DNA of 58,523 nucleotides, counting the filler, from Squatina squatina (Eukaryota), in assembly GCA_031763465.1 (NCBI GenBank). It is 3 parts of 3 records of this genome, joined end to end, with 100 filler letters (N's around TTAATTAATTAA, not from the genome) between each part and the next. Parts side by side here need not be neighbours in the genome. Positions count along the whole stretch, not along the records: positions 1 to 15,848 come from JARFOE010000203.1; 2 more parts are not named here. One strand, 5' to 3'. This document shows positions 1 through 12,308 of the stretch, piece after piece. The notes beneath the pieces are model-generated. The model searched no databases and had not been told where the DNA came from. It worked only from the letters and a program-made list of their open reading frames with translations. The translations under genes were made by a program, and so were the position numbers. Every line of letters starts with the position of its first letter. Position 1 is the stretch's first letter.

Positions 1-831
1 GAAATAAACATCTTTTAATATTTATTTCAAACTAACTTGTGTGTGTGTGCACGCACCACAAACTATACTTTCAGCCTTAGGTTAACTTTGCAAAAGGACC
101 AGGCTTTATTGCCAAAAAAGGAAATGAACAGCTTAATGTTTTCTTGGAAAAGCCAAGCACTTAAACATCTGGATTTTATCCTTGTCTTGATGTTGGGCAC
201 AGATAAACACAGGCTAACTTCTGATTTATGTAAGAAAGCAATGATGTAATGGATATCCCAATAGACAGTGCACACTCTGAACTAGGCCGCGTTTCACTGG
301 AGAGAGCATAAATTGGGCCCAAGGGCATTGGTGCATATGTTCCTCTTTGCTGCTGTGCTTTCAATGAATGTAAGGATGAAAGATAGTGCAGGAATGCTAT
401 CCTGATAATTTCAGCAGTTATTTACTTGGGATCTAACTTGATTCCCTTTTTCTCTATGGGGGAGTAGCAGCATGTGAAAAATAGCTACAGGATGACGTGG
501 GGCTTAATGGCTCTCATGCACTGGAGACTTGAAGTAAGTTATTCGCCTCAGCATCATGAGTATCTATACCCGTCTGAAGTTTGCTTCTTTTTTGGGAGGG
601 GGAGATCTGTGTGCATCAAGGAGAAGACTTCACATATGGGCGAGAGATACGTTTTCTAACTTTTGTCACTCAAGTTGAGCATTTCAAAATAAGTTGCCTT
701 ACCCTTTGGCAAGCAGCGAGAAACATTACTGNNNNNNNNNNNNNNNNNNNNNNNNNNNNNNNNNNNNNNNNNNNNNNNNNNNNNNNNNNNNNNNNNNNNN
801 NNNNNNNNNNNNNNNNNNNNNNNNNNNNNNN

Positions 832-1187
832 GGGGCACTAACGAGGTGGAGGAGACTTTTCGCCCGGGGCAGGTGAGCATTACAGCCTCCCGGGAAATTG
901 CCTGGGAACTCCTCTGGCTCCTACCACAACCTCGAAGGGGTGCAAATGGGCAAAATTGCCGGAACCTCGCCATGGTGATTAACTCGATCTGGGGGCGCGG
1001 CCAGTTTTGTGGGCTTCCAGCATGAAGTTCTTTAAATCAGCGTAAAAGATCCCGGAAGCTCGATTTGCACTTAATGTAATTTGCACTTGAAATTCCTTGA
1101 TCTTTTACGTTGGTTTGGCTGATTTCAGGCGAAGCAACCTCGTGGAAATGCTACTTCCAGGTGTTTGAATAAGGAAAATTTGTGCCC
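832..1187. mobile_element. GC-rich non-autonomous TIR element (PIF/Harbinger-like), right part
   Basis: GC/CpG-rich segment ending AAATTTGTGCCC, matching the AAATT..GCCC termini of other elements in the window. Internal inverted repeat CAGCGTAAAAGATC (1038-1051) / GATCTTTTACGTTG (1099-1112). Confidence 0.5.
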
Positions 1188-2002
1188 TCATGTCTTGCGT
1201 GGGGACAACGAAAATTGCCGGGGGGAAAAGTACCTTAAAAAGAGAAAGTTTCAACCTTTTTCAAAAAAAGTGTGATGAAATGTCAGCACAAGCTACAATG
1301 CAAAGCCATTTTGTGTTCATTGTGCTTGCAAAAGTAAAAATCAGATCCATTGTCATTTAATTATAAAGCACCAGTTCTCTTCCATTTGTCAGTCAGTTGA
1401 AGTTTCTGCCTTGTCTCACTATTTTTTAAAGGTTTAATATACTTATACTTTATTACTAGTTTCTTACAACAGTCAGATAGAAAAGCTCACAGCTGCCTTG
1501 GAGTGGCCAATGTAATCAAAATGTCCGCAAGGCAGCAGCAGAAGTCATCGTGTCTGTTTTGTTTTACATTGCTTTTATTGGAAAATGCTTTGTCTTCAAT
1601 GTTTCTTTGAGGGAAACGACATCATTCTTGGCTGAACCATCTGAGCCCGACTGAACCATCCAGATTCAGATTAGCCCTGAATTCTGGCTTCACTTTACAT
1701 AGTCGGTGCCAAACTGCGGGTTGATTTATATAGATATACAGGACTGAACTTCTGCATATCAAGAACTCTTTCCGTTACCAAGAAAAACAAATCACTAGAA
1801 ATACAGACTTTCTTCAAGGTTATTGTTTCTGTTGCTGTTGACTTAGCCTCTTCCTGACCACATTTTTGCCACTTTGATGGGACCAAAGATGAACCGATTA
1901 AATTTGAGGATAAAAAATGAATTTGTGATTCAGAAACTATTTTCTTTCAACTTTAAATGACCATTAGAATTAAGTAAAGATCTTTCAAGTGCACAATTTT
2001 TA

Positions 2003-2968
2003 AATTTGTTCTCGGTACCTAAGCAAAGCCGGCAAGACCACATTTATCTGCCCATCTCTAGTTTCCCTGAGGAGATGGCAGTTGACCTTGTCTTTGAGCT
2101 CCTGCAGTCCTTGTGGTGATGTTCATCAAGGCCCATAGGCTTTGCTGTGTCCAGTGCACGCAGCCACTTCTTAATATCATATGGAATGAATTACATTGGT
2201 TGAGCACCGGCACCTATGGCGGTGGGGACCACGGCGGGAAGCTGAGTGCAATCATCCACTACGCACTTTTGACTGAAGACACTTGCAAACACTTCAGCCT
2301 TGTCTTTTGCACTCAGGTACTGGGCTTTATCATGGTTGAGGATGGGGATGTTCATGGAGCCTCCTCCTGTTAGGTGCCTGGTTATCCACCACCATTCTCG
2401 ACTGGATGCTACAGAGCTTTGATTTGATCCAGTGTTTACAGACTGCTTAGCTCTGTCTATAGCCATGTAATGTTTGCCATTCAGTGTGCAAATAGCCATG
2501 TGTAGTAGCTTCAATAGGTTGAAACCTAAGGCGTGCTTGACTCTGCTCCTGCCAAGTCCTTCTACACTCCATATAAAACAATGCTTGGCCCACAGTGCCT
2601 CATGGGTGCTCAGTCTTGGGCTGCTAGATTTATCCTAAGGCTGCCCCACTTACCACCTATGAGTACATTCAATGCACTTGCTTCCCTCAGAGCCTCCTCA
2701 AAATAATGTTCAACATGAAGGAGTACTGACTTGTCATTTGAGAGAGGGGGGGGGGAGGCAGCAGAAGTTAGTGACCACTGTGCCTACATTCCTGGTGAGT
2801 GTATCCTGCTTGAGGTACAGCACATATCCAAGGATGGTGATGCTGACTGAAAAATTCAGTGAGAATGACTGTCAGGTTGCTGGACTAGTTAGTTGGACAG
2901 CTCTCCAGACTTGGGCACCAATCCCTAGACGTTAGTGAGGATGATTTTTTAGGCTTGACTGGGCTGAG
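2003..2968 (-). mobile_element. Degraded, internally deleted CR1-clade LINE
   Basis: Minus-strand ORF 2191-2514 contains SSREWWWITRHLTGGGSMNIPIL...SAKDKAEVFASVFSQKC, a CR1 ORF2 motif between EN and RT. 2003-2110 is a 3' end homologous to the one at 11352. Confidence 0.75.
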
Positions 2969-3075
2969 ATTTGTGAAGGTGCAAATTGACTACTGGGATT
3001 GTCCTTTTTATGGAAGATTGTGCTGGTTTTGACTGTCTGTGTAATTATTGGAGCGAGGGAAAGAAGTAAGTAAAT

Positions 3076-3237
3076 AAAGAACGTGCATTTATATAGCACC
3101 TTTCATATCTTCAAGATGTTAGAAAGGGTTTTACAGTCAATGGTTAATTCTTGAAATGTAATTTCTTGTTGCTATGTAGCCACTTTGTGGACAGCAAAGT
3201 CCCTCAAACAGCAAATGAGATAAGCAACTAACTAATC
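3076..3237 (-). mobile_element. SacSINE1/DeuSINE-type SINE, 3' part
   Basis: Reverse complement of the tail TGAAAGGTGCTATATAAATGCA, shared with 4893-5276 and other copies. Truncated by a gap. Confidence 0.7.
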
Positions 3238-3337
3238 NNNNNNNNNNNNNNNNNNNNNNNNNNNNNNNNNNNNNNNNNNNNNNNNNNNNNNNNNNNNNNN
3301 NNNNNNNNNNNNNNNNNNNNNNNNNNNNNNNNNNNNN

Positions 3338-3606
3338 CTGGTAAAGCCAAGCAGATACGCCAGGTTTTACCATGTGTAAGAAACGTCGACAGATTTCCAG
3401 TGCTAGCAGTGAGAAAATCTCACAAATCTCAGTGCTGGATATCTGTTTTGCAGCCTAAGCGTTGGATCTGTCAAGAAGAATTTTGACAGATTGTAAATGC
3501 CGGTTCTGCGGGCTTGCGCTGAGCAGCCACGGAACCGGCATTTGCGATGTCTCCCCAGGTGCGTGGGAACATCGTTCCCGCCCGGGGAAATCGCAATTTC
3601 TGCCCC
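3338..3606. mobile_element. GC-rich TIR element, right end
   Basis: CpG-rich. Internal inverted repeat AAATGCCGGTTC / GAACCGGCATTT. Ends AATTTCTGCCCC directly against a CR1 fragment. Confidence 0.5.
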
Positions 3607-3964
3607 ATTCAAAATTATGAGGGGTTTGAGAGAGCAAGTAGGCAGAAACTATTTGCTCTGGCAAGTGGGTCAATAACAAGAAATCACAGCTTTAAAATCA
3701 TTGGCAAAAGAACTAGAGGGGAAATGAGGAAAAATTTCTTCACACAAAGGATTGTTAAGATGTGGAACACACCAACGGAAAGGGTGCTGGAATCAGATTC
3801 CATTGGAAGTTTAAAAAAATTGGCCAGGTGCTTGAAGAGGACTAATTTGTAAGGTGATGCGGAAAAAGCTGGGGTGTGGGACTAAATTGGACAACTCTTT
3901 CAAAGAGCCCAGACGTGACGAGCCGAATGGCCTACTTCTCCACTGTAAGATTTTCTGATTCTAT
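3607..3964 (+). mobile_element. CR1 LINE 3' end
   Basis: ORF 3547-3852 encodes HSFKIIGKRTRGEMRKNFFTQRIVKMWN (CR1 ORF2 C-terminus). 3' UTR CCGAATGGCCTACTTCT...TTCTGATTCTA. Confidence 0.9.
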
Positions 3965-3975
3965 AAAAAAGTTAC

Positions 3976-4138
3976 CAATGCTCCCTCTAATTTTGTTTTA
4001 GGTGCGCAGCCCCTTTAATGGGCTGCGCAGCCCATTCAAATTTTTGTGCAAGCATGGTTTTTCCATTTAGAAGCCGGTGAGCAGCCTGTGCGGGACCTGC
4101 AGGCCGCTGCACGGTTACACTGCTTAACGGGAGCATTG
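3976..4138. mobile_element. Complete 163-bp hAT-type MITE
   Basis: TIRs CAATGCTCCCTCTAA (3976-3990) and TTAACGGGAGCATTG (4124-4138), 13/15 match. 8-bp TSD AAAGTTAC (3968-3975) / ATAGTTAC (4139-4146), 7/8 match. Confidence 0.85.
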
Positions 4139-4892
4139 ATAGTTACAGGCTTTAGGGACTTTGCCCTTGTCAGGTCCAAGATTGGAGCAAGGGTGGGATG
4201 GGTCAGTCCATAAATTCTCTCACAAGTTCCCGCTGCTTTCTACCCTCTGACCAATTTCTTATCCATTCCTAGGTTTCACCCTCAATCCCCATCCTGTCAA
4301 GCTTAATGAGTAGCCTTCCATTCAAATGCCTTTTGGTAGTGTTGGTGCACCAGGTTGTAGGGTTTTCCACAGTCCGCTTAGGGTCCATTTCCTCAAGAAC
4401 ATTCTTAACATTTCAGAAAAATGGTTGAATCAACTGAATGTAATGAATACACTCAGTAAAATTTGGTTATAACTGGCTTATATTTTTGGAACTCACATTG
4501 TTTTGGTTAATCGGAGAACTGATGAATACATGACTCAACAACACTAATACAGCAGCCACAGAGAGCATGTGATCATCCACACCTGTAATTACACAATTTG
4601 CTGCTTCCTGTAGCCTAGAAAAACACCTGGTAATTCAGCACTTCTCACAAAGCCCTGAACATTCAGCAACTTCTTTCCCACCGATCTTTATGCTGAGTGT
4701 GTTTAGGAATCATGCTGATTTTTGTTTTCTATATTAAGTTACCCAGTTTGTCTTCTGAGGTTCTTGTACCATCTTTGCAAGCTTGTCATCCCTTCACTAA
4801 CCCAATCTTGCCCTTGCTAAATCTCCTTTGATGCGCTAAATAGGAGGTTAATGACATATTTTCTAATCAATTTCATACACACTTCTCCAAGT

Positions 4893-5276
4893 GTCTGCTG
4901 TGGCTCAGTGGGTAGCACTCTACCTGTGAGTCAGAAGCTTGTGGGTTCAAGCCATACTCCAGAAACTTGAGCACATGATCTAGGCTGGCACTTCAGTGCA
5001 GTACTGAAGGAGTCTTACACTATTGGAGATGCTGTGTATTGGATGAGATGGTAAACTGAGGTCCTATCTGTGCTCCCAGGTGGATGTAAATGATCCCAAG
5101 CACTATTTGAAGAAGAACAGGGGTGTTCTGATCAACATTTATCCCTCACCTAAAACAGATGATCTGGTCATTTATTTTATTGATGCTTGGCTGCTGCATT
5201 CCGACAGTAGAACAGTGACTGCCCTTCAAAAGTACTGAGGCAGTGAAAGGCGCTAAATAAATTCGAGTTCTTTCTT
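4893..5276 (+). mobile_element. SacSINE1/DeuSINE-type tRNA-derived SINE, near full length
   Basis: Pol III box A TGGCTCAGTGG (4901-4911) and box B GGTTCAAGCC (4944-4953). Deu-like core CAGTGCAGTACTGAAGGAGT...GGATGAGATGGTAAACTGAGG. Tail GTGAAAGGCGCTAAATAAA..TCTTTCTT. Confidence 0.85.
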
Positions 5277-6627
5277 AAATTTAACTGATTCGCTTTGAGT
5301 TTCTGAATCCAAGTTGTTGCCTCTCATTTGTTCTTTGTAGAACAGCCAGCGTAAAGTTTACTTGATCTGCTTCTCTTATGCTCACCCGAGCTCAATAGCC
5401 CATCATCACCATGGTGTATGTATCCAATGTGCTCTCAGTTAGGTCAATCCAAATTAGGAGAAGACTTTAGGGGCTCACTGCTAACAAAGATATTCTGATT
5501 AAGAAATGTGTCTCTAGTATATTCTGTTTTTGTTTCCATTCCTTGCAGAGTAAGATTTCTCTTGTGTCCTTCAACAAGAAAAATGAATATTGAAAGCCCT
5601 GGAGAAGGACACACATTCCTCCCAATGCCTCCAAAAAAAAACCTGGGCATTAATCTCGTTGCAGTTTGTGGGCTACCGTTGGTGCAGGGTGGCTGCCACA
5701 TAATAGCGGTCGGTGCGCAAACGCCATTCACAGTGTGAAGCACTTTGAGACATTCCCTTCTTTAGATAATTTCAGTCAGTCAGGAACATTGGCAAAGTAT
5801 GTCACAGCTGTCAGAAAGAATCACTCAAATCAGAATATAATGTTTTTAATAATCATTCAATGTCAGAAAGAAAAAAATATATACAAAGGCATTTCTTCCC
5901 GNNNNNNNNNNNNNNNNNNNNNNNNNNNNNNNNNNNNNNNNNNNNNNNNNNNNNNNNNNNNNNNNNNNNNNNNNNNNNNNNNNNNNNNNNNNNNNNNNNN
6001 NNNNNNNNNNNNNNNNNNNNNNNNNNNNNNNNNNNNNNNNNNNNNNNNNNATGGCCTACTCCTGTTCCTATGCTCCTAACAAGGCATCAGACCAGGGTGG
6101 CAATACCCCTTTAAAATGGAAGCAGCAGCTGCATGTAAAACTTTTTGTTTCAATGATCCGATCCATCATTCTGCAGGAATTTTTTTTCAAGTGTAATCAT
6201 TGTCACTTTGATAAAGTGAGGTTGGATCCCTTTTAACTTGATTACAGTAGCAGGATGGCAGCTCAGTTGTTTGAACAAGTCTGATACCAGTCTACTGTGC
6301 CAGAACAGGTAAAGTATTAGACCCTCTCCGTCATCACATCCAGTATCATATTATAACCTGTAATGAATCATAAAAATACAGTTTACGCTTGCTGATGGGA
6401 TCTGGGACTTTTCACTGAACTATACTGTCAAATATTAACTTGCTGTCTGACTGAAGTGATTGAATAGCATTTATAAACATTTCCGGAGACATTGCTGCTC
6501 TATTTTGGCTTGACTTTTAAAGGAACAGATTTATTTTTCTAAAGTTGAGCAGTGGCACCACCGTCCTTTGCTTCCAGACTCTAAATGCTATTTGGAGAAG
6601 AATAAGACCCAAATCAAAAGAAACCAA

Positions 6628-6748
6628 GGGCCTGAAATTTATCTGCGTCGCCTGAGGGTAGTAGCGGGGTGAGAGCTGGTATTTTTCGCGCCGGCTCCCG
6701 CACCGCCTCGCCCGCCGCAACATTTGCCGTCCCAGGGCCGGAGCATGG
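6628..6748. mobile_element. GC-rich TIR element, left end
   Basis: Starts GGGCCTGAAATTT, is CpG-rich and runs into a gap. Similar left termini occur at about 8143, 24884 and 52605. Confidence 0.5.
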
Positions 6749-7821
6749 NNNNNNNNNNNNNNNNNNNNNNNNNNNNNNNNNNNNNNNNNNNNNNNNNNNN
6801 NNNNNNNNNNNNNNNNNNNNNNNNNNNNNNNNNNNNNNNNNNNNNNNNAGCGGCCGACAGCAGAGCGGATCCTTTTACATGAACAGAGAAACAAAATGGG
6901 AGGAGAAGCTGAGGGCTCGGCGAAAGCTGTTGGTGGAGTCGATTTACCTCAGAGATCAGCATAGTGCAAAGATCGATTCAAATCGTGTTTTTTTGTAATG
7001 AATAAGGTAAGCTCTAAATTTCCACAGTGGGAAGAGGTTTCTGAAACCTTCTGAGACAGAGCGTGTTTTACACCTTATATGAAAAATTGAGAAATTAAAA
7101 TTTGGGCATTCGGAGTTGAGTATCAATGGTACAGCACTATTTCAGTTGCCATAGCTATGATGCTGACTCAAAGGCATATGATGTAGAACACATGCCATTC
7201 AGGTGTCTTTAATAGTGTGACGTCACATCCACGGTAATTATATACACATTTGTTTTGCGTTTGTAGTGTAACTGTTGAAATATAGGCTGCTAAAACTTTT
7301 TGCCTTGCTACCCTGACCAACCTACATTTTCTGTCCTGGTTACTTTGCTGGACTCCCACCCCTGTGTGTCCCAAGATTTGGTTCAGAAATTATCGTCACC
7401 CTGCAGTAGCTGTGGCTGGATAAATGCATGGTCAGAGCTGTCTCACCACAGTTAGAGAGTGGGTGAGGGGAGAATCGCCACCTTCTAAACTTCTCAATTA
7501 AGAGCAGGTCAAGGGAGCAGCTTTCACACTGCACTACATTTCCACTCCATACGGTGTCAAACTGAAGCAGTTTGCCCCCTTCAATCCAGGGAGTCTTGCT
7601 TTGCTTCACTCAGGGGTCAAGTTGGGCTCTGGTTCAGGATTTACGCTGCAAGTTTAGCATTGATGTGAAACTGAAATCAGTTCGCACAATTTTCGCTCAA
7701 CTGGCAGTGTGACTGCAGCCTGAAGTGTTGGCAGAAACCTTCCCATATCCAATTTTATCCCCTCTTTGTGAAAGTGCTGACTGTTGCTGCAGTAAATTCC
7801 ACAGGTGCTGGCTGGCCTCTG

Positions 7822-8065
7822 GTACCTCATCCAAGTGGCCATTCTCCATGGGAGAGACTAGAGGGGAGAATCACAGCTGCCCCCCAATCCTGTCCTTACC
7901 TGATATCCCTTCTTATACACTTTCCAGCAGAGTTACTAAATGCTCGTCAGGAGCAGGATTCCTGGCTGATTTCTCCCATCTTCTGATATGAGCTAACTCA
8001 ACACTGGGATGAAACCCGAGCCCTTCCTGCTCTGTGCGTTTTAGTAGCACACTGAGTGAGGTCAA
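7822..8065 (-). mobile_element. Degenerate tRNA-derived SINE (second family)
   Basis: TACCTCATCCAAGTGGCCATTCTCCATG end, also seen at 34119-34150. Box B-like GGGTTTCATCCC on the minus strand near 8005-8020. Confidence 0.55.
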
Positions 8066-9168
8066 CTAACTTAGCACAGACAAGGGATTGAGCCCTCTCT
8101 ACTAAATTGGACACCTAAAATAGAAAGTTGTATAAAAATAAAGGGCCCAAAATTCTAGCCAGCCCACTCTGCCAGCAGAAGTGCGGCAAGTGGAACTCCT
8201 GGCTGCATATTGACAAGAATGCCAACTCCGACCCAAATGATGGGGTTACAGAACTATTCCAGCCTTCGCGCTGAGCTCAAGGCAGCACTGGTAACTAGGT
8301 TGTGTGTGTTTTCAGTTATTTCACTCAGGAATCTTCAACAGCAATTCAGGAGATTAGGCTATCATTTTGCCTGTCTATTTTGCTTACTCTATTTATTTTT
8401 GTTGCAAACTCTCAGCATATTTGTGGCACAAATGAGTGCCTTTTGGAATCAGGCCAAAACATACAGCTCATTTTACAATACCAGTTTTCACTTAAAGAGC
8501 CAGATCTGGCGTCGTTAAGAATTTCTTACTTGCAAGTCCCAAATTCCTGCTGACAAACGTTAAGAACAGAAATTCTTGGCAGTGTTATAGTTTAAGTAAG
8601 AGCAACAGGCAGATCGAGTCTGCCAAGCATTTACAGTAAATACCATTCTGGTAAATGTTGACAATGAGATATTCATATGACCTCTGTCACCCATTTTTCT
8701 GCCATTTGTGGCCACNNNNNNNNNNNNNNNNNNNNNNNNNNNNNNNNNNNNNNNNNNNNNNNNNNNNNNNNNNNNNNNNNNNNNNNNNNNNNNNNNNNNN
8801 NNNNNNNNNNNNNNNAATTCCTCTCTGAAAATACACCATCGGGGTCAGCCATTTTGAAAGCTTGTAAGAAGAACAGCCGTCAGGAAACCCTATATATTTT
8901 CCCGCCTGTGTTCGGGTTGGGATAAGGGATTCTTTGTAGAAACAATAAAATTGCTTTTTTTTTACTTGCCTGCAAGTAACCAGTTGGAATCCACTGTGTT
9001 ATCTGTTCTGACGCTGTATGTAATTCTATTTTTTATTGCAAAAAAAAAAATTACATTCATTTGGACATGCTTTGGCTTCAGCTATTTTGAGTGATTTGTC
9101 TGGCAGGAAGAATTCATGCTCCGGTCGCATTTAGACAAGAATATTAATAACTTTGTTTTTCTAATCAG

Positions 9169-9224
9169 TGTGGGCGAAACTGAAGCATTCAAAGGCAGCA
9201 GAGAGATGGCAGCCAGACACTGAG
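9169..9224 (+). CDS. SF3A3: Splicing factor 3a subunit 3, penultimate coding exon (56 nt)
   Basis: Acceptor TTTGTTTTTCTAATCAG and donor GAG|GTAATT. Translates (L)WAKLKHSKAAERWQPDTE, against the remembered human LWAKLKLQKASERWQPDTE. Absent from the ORF track. No other SF3A3 exons found. Confidence 0.9.
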
Positions 9225-9834
9225 GTAATTACTGTAAATGAGCTGCTTGAATTGTGAATGAAGCACATTACTTGATGGTTTCTACTTGCTGCTAGTCTGC
9301 TATAGAAATGGTTGGGGATGGTCCAGTGTGGAGTCGTACAGCTCTGCAATAGAGAACTGAAAACCGAAAATACTAGAAATACGTAATGGAGTTAGCATCT
9401 GAAACAGAAAGACCAATAGACGTTCAAAACTACTATCATCGGAGGGACTTTTACAGCATTGACCAAAATCAAGGAGAAGGGAGAACAAGTGGAGGGCAGT
9501 AGTACAGATATACTAACTACTGTCCCAACAAAGTAGCTAATTGGTTTAATATCCAATAAACAAGTTTTAAAGTCCTCACAATCGGGCATCTGAAGGACAT
9601 TTGAAAGAAAAAAGATGAGTTAAACAGCTCCAAAATGGAAGGGAAATTTTTGGAATCTGAGCTGGTTATTTAAATAAATTGAGTCCTTGTGTAGACAACT
9701 CCGTTATAATGCTGGGATGTTCTGCTGAAGGATTCGGGTGCAGTTTGGCTATATTTGCGCTTCAGAGAGAGAGCACGCCTGAAACATAATGACTAGTTCT
9801 TAACAGAAACGGCAGTTACTTTTGTATAGTTATA

Positions 9835-9909
9835 TAGAAACATAGAAAATAAGAGCCAGGAGTAGGCCATTCGGCCCTTCAAGCCTGCTCCGTCATTCAA
9901 TATGATCAT
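9835..9909 (-). mobile_element. CR1 3' tail
   Basis: TAGAAACATAGAAAATAAGAGCCAGGAGTAGGCCATTCGGCCCTTCAAGCCTGCTCC is the reverse complement of the tail at 32329-32406. Confidence 0.85.
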
Positions 9910-10009
9910 NNNNNNNNNNNNNNNNNNNNNNNNNNNNNNNNNNNNNNNNNNNNNNNNNNNNNNNNNNNNNNNNNNNNNNNNNNNNNNNNNNNNNNNNNNN
10001 NNNNNNNNN

Positions 10010-10110
10010 TGGAGATAATGAAAGCATGAATGAGGGTTTCAGCAGCAGCTGGGCTGAGGCATGGGCAGAGGCGGATGAGAGATCGGAGGTGGAAGTAGAC
10101 AGCCACTGTG
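10010..10110 (-). mobile_element. L2 LINE ORF2 fragment
   Basis: Minus-strand peptide AVYFHLRSLIRLCPCLSPAAAETLIHAFIIS fits the L2 motif FHLRNI.RLRP.L....AETLIHAF. Confidence 0.8.
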
Positions 10111-11351
10111 ATGGACATGCCGACATCAAGCTGCTAATTACAAAAAAAATGTGAACACCCCCAAACCTGACTCGAATCTCCCTTTGATTCTCAAGGCCAA
10201 AGGTATTCAAAACGGTGTTTCCCCAGTTACATTAGGACATTAGGATTTACATCAGGACATCTCCCAGCTTGTGTTTGCCTTAAGTGAGTTGTGTGAAGGA
10301 TATTTTTGGCTGTTTTGAGTAGAAGGTTGGGTTCACGTGTTCCAAGTCCCCTGAGTAGAATTAAAGCATTCTATGGAGGACGGAAAAATCAGAGGGAAAA
10401 CCAACCTGCAGTGCTTTCATCCACAATCTAACAGCCTGCTAATAATCCATACTGATAAAGGGCTGGGAACAGGGACCTGCCCATGAATCAGCTGGGGAGA
10501 GGGATGTAGCAAAGAGGGACTTCAAGAGATGAGAAAATAACACTCAAGATAAAAATAGCAAAAACCTGCTGGCAAATATTTTATACAGTGCCTTACAAGC
10601 AACTAATAATAATTCATTGTCATATTTTAACTCCAAAAGCGAGTTTTTCTTTTCAGTGAGTTTTCAATTTATTTTGTGATGTGCTTACACATTTTAAACT
10701 TTGCTCTTTGTAACCCTGTGGTAAATTAGTTTCTGCCAATGGCATGTTTTCTCCTTTGAGTCCCAGCAGGATGTGTAACAGCTTGTCTCAAGTGGCTAGA
10801 TAGAAATAAACAATAAATTAAATAAATTATTCTAGGGAAATGCCTGAATTTAGCAGTGAAATGGTAGATAATCACTCTGAGCTATTCCAAGACAACCGAT
10901 TAGATATTCTTCGAAGTTTTAATTACATTTCACTGCCATTCTTCAAAATAATAAAACAATGATGTTTATTGCTTCAGAAGATCATTTGAGTATTTTCACA
11001 TTTTAATTTGTTATTGGCCAGCCTGCACATGATACTGCTTCCATTTCCAATGTCGGTTTCCCTGACCAGGTTCCCACTCATTTTGCTGAAAAGACCTAAT
11101 TTAATTCTGCACATTGTAATCACGTACAACCTACAAGCTTTCAAACCCCAAGTTTGGGATCACCTAATGGCTATTTCTTGATTGACCTTTTCTCCTGCAC
11201 TTTGGTCGTGTCCTACACCAGAGGTTTTGGCCCTTCTCCTGGATTTTTCAANNNNNNNNNNNNNNNNNNNNNNNNNNNNNNNNNNNNNNNNNNNNNNNNN
11301 NNNNNNNNNNNNNNNNNNNNNNNNNNNNNNNNNNNNNNNNNNNNNNNNNNN

Positions 11352-11910
11352 CTGCCTGTCCTGAAAAGGTGGTGGGCCTTCTCCTTGAACCACTGCAGCC
11401 TCTTTGGTAATGGTACTTCCATAATGATGTTCGGTAGCGAATCCTAGGATTTTGACAGAGTGATGATGAAGGAACAGCGTAATATGTCAAATTCAGGGTA
11501 CTGTGTGACTTGGAAGGGAAAGTGGAGGTGATAGTGTTCTCATAATATTGCTGATCTGCTTCTCAAGTAGAGGTCATGGAGCTGGGAGGTGCTGTTGAAG
11601 TAAGCTGGTCACGTTGCTACAGTGCATCTAATAGATAGTACATACGTCAGTCTCTGCTCTACTCTCACAATGATGATATAGCTGGTCCCTAGGATGTTTA
11701 TGATGGGGTACTTGGTGATGGTGGTGCTGCTGAAGGCCAGGGAGAGGTTGATTGACATTTTTATTTCTAAGATGGCGATTGCTCGTCATTTGTGTAGAGC
11801 TCGTTTGCCTGCCACTTTTAGTTCAATCCTAGATGTTGACTAGGTCTTGCCATAGGCTTGCATCGGCTACTTTATGATTGGATTTGTGACTGGAGCCAAA
11901 CACTGCAATT
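11352..11910 (-). mobile_element. Degraded CR1-clade LINE 3' region
   Basis: Minus-strand PLPKRLQWFKEKAHHLF resembles the ORF2 C-terminal LQ.FK..AHHHLL motif. Homologous to the 2003-2110 end. Confidence 0.65.
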
Positions 11911-11934
11911 CTCCAGCCTATCCACATAACGGTA

Positions 11935-12160
11935 ATCCCTCATCCCTGGAACCATTCTAGTAAATCTCTTCTGTACCCTCTCCAAAGTCGTCTTGTCCTT
12001 CCTANNNNNNNNNNNNNNNNNNNNNNNNNNNNNNNNNNNNNNNNNNNNNNNNNNNNNNNNNNNNNNNNNNNNNNNNNNNNNNNNNNNNNNNNNNNNNNNN
12101 NNNNCTCAGATAAGGAGACCAAAACTGCACACAATACTCAAGGTGTGGTCTCACCAAGTC
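11935..12160 (-). mobile_element. CR1 ORF2 fragments flanking a gap
   Basis: Minus strand encodes LVRPHLEYCVQFWSPYL (12105-12158) and LERVQKRFTRMVPGMR (11938-11985), both classic CR1 RT C-terminal motifs. Confidence 0.85.
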
Positions 12161-12308
12161 TGATAAAGAAGATGCAAATATTTGAACTTTGCACTCAAAG
12201 CGTTAAATGAATATTCCATCGGTTAAGCTAAAGAATGGTCATCCTGATTTTAATGGCTACTCTCTATGCTGAACTACATCCTGTGTTGTTTCTGCTTGTT
12301 TTGTCCAG

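Noticed and set aside
4901-4955. tRNA gene (box A and box B), likewise at 26071 and 52828
   Set aside because: No full cloverleaf, and the sequence runs straight into SINE body.
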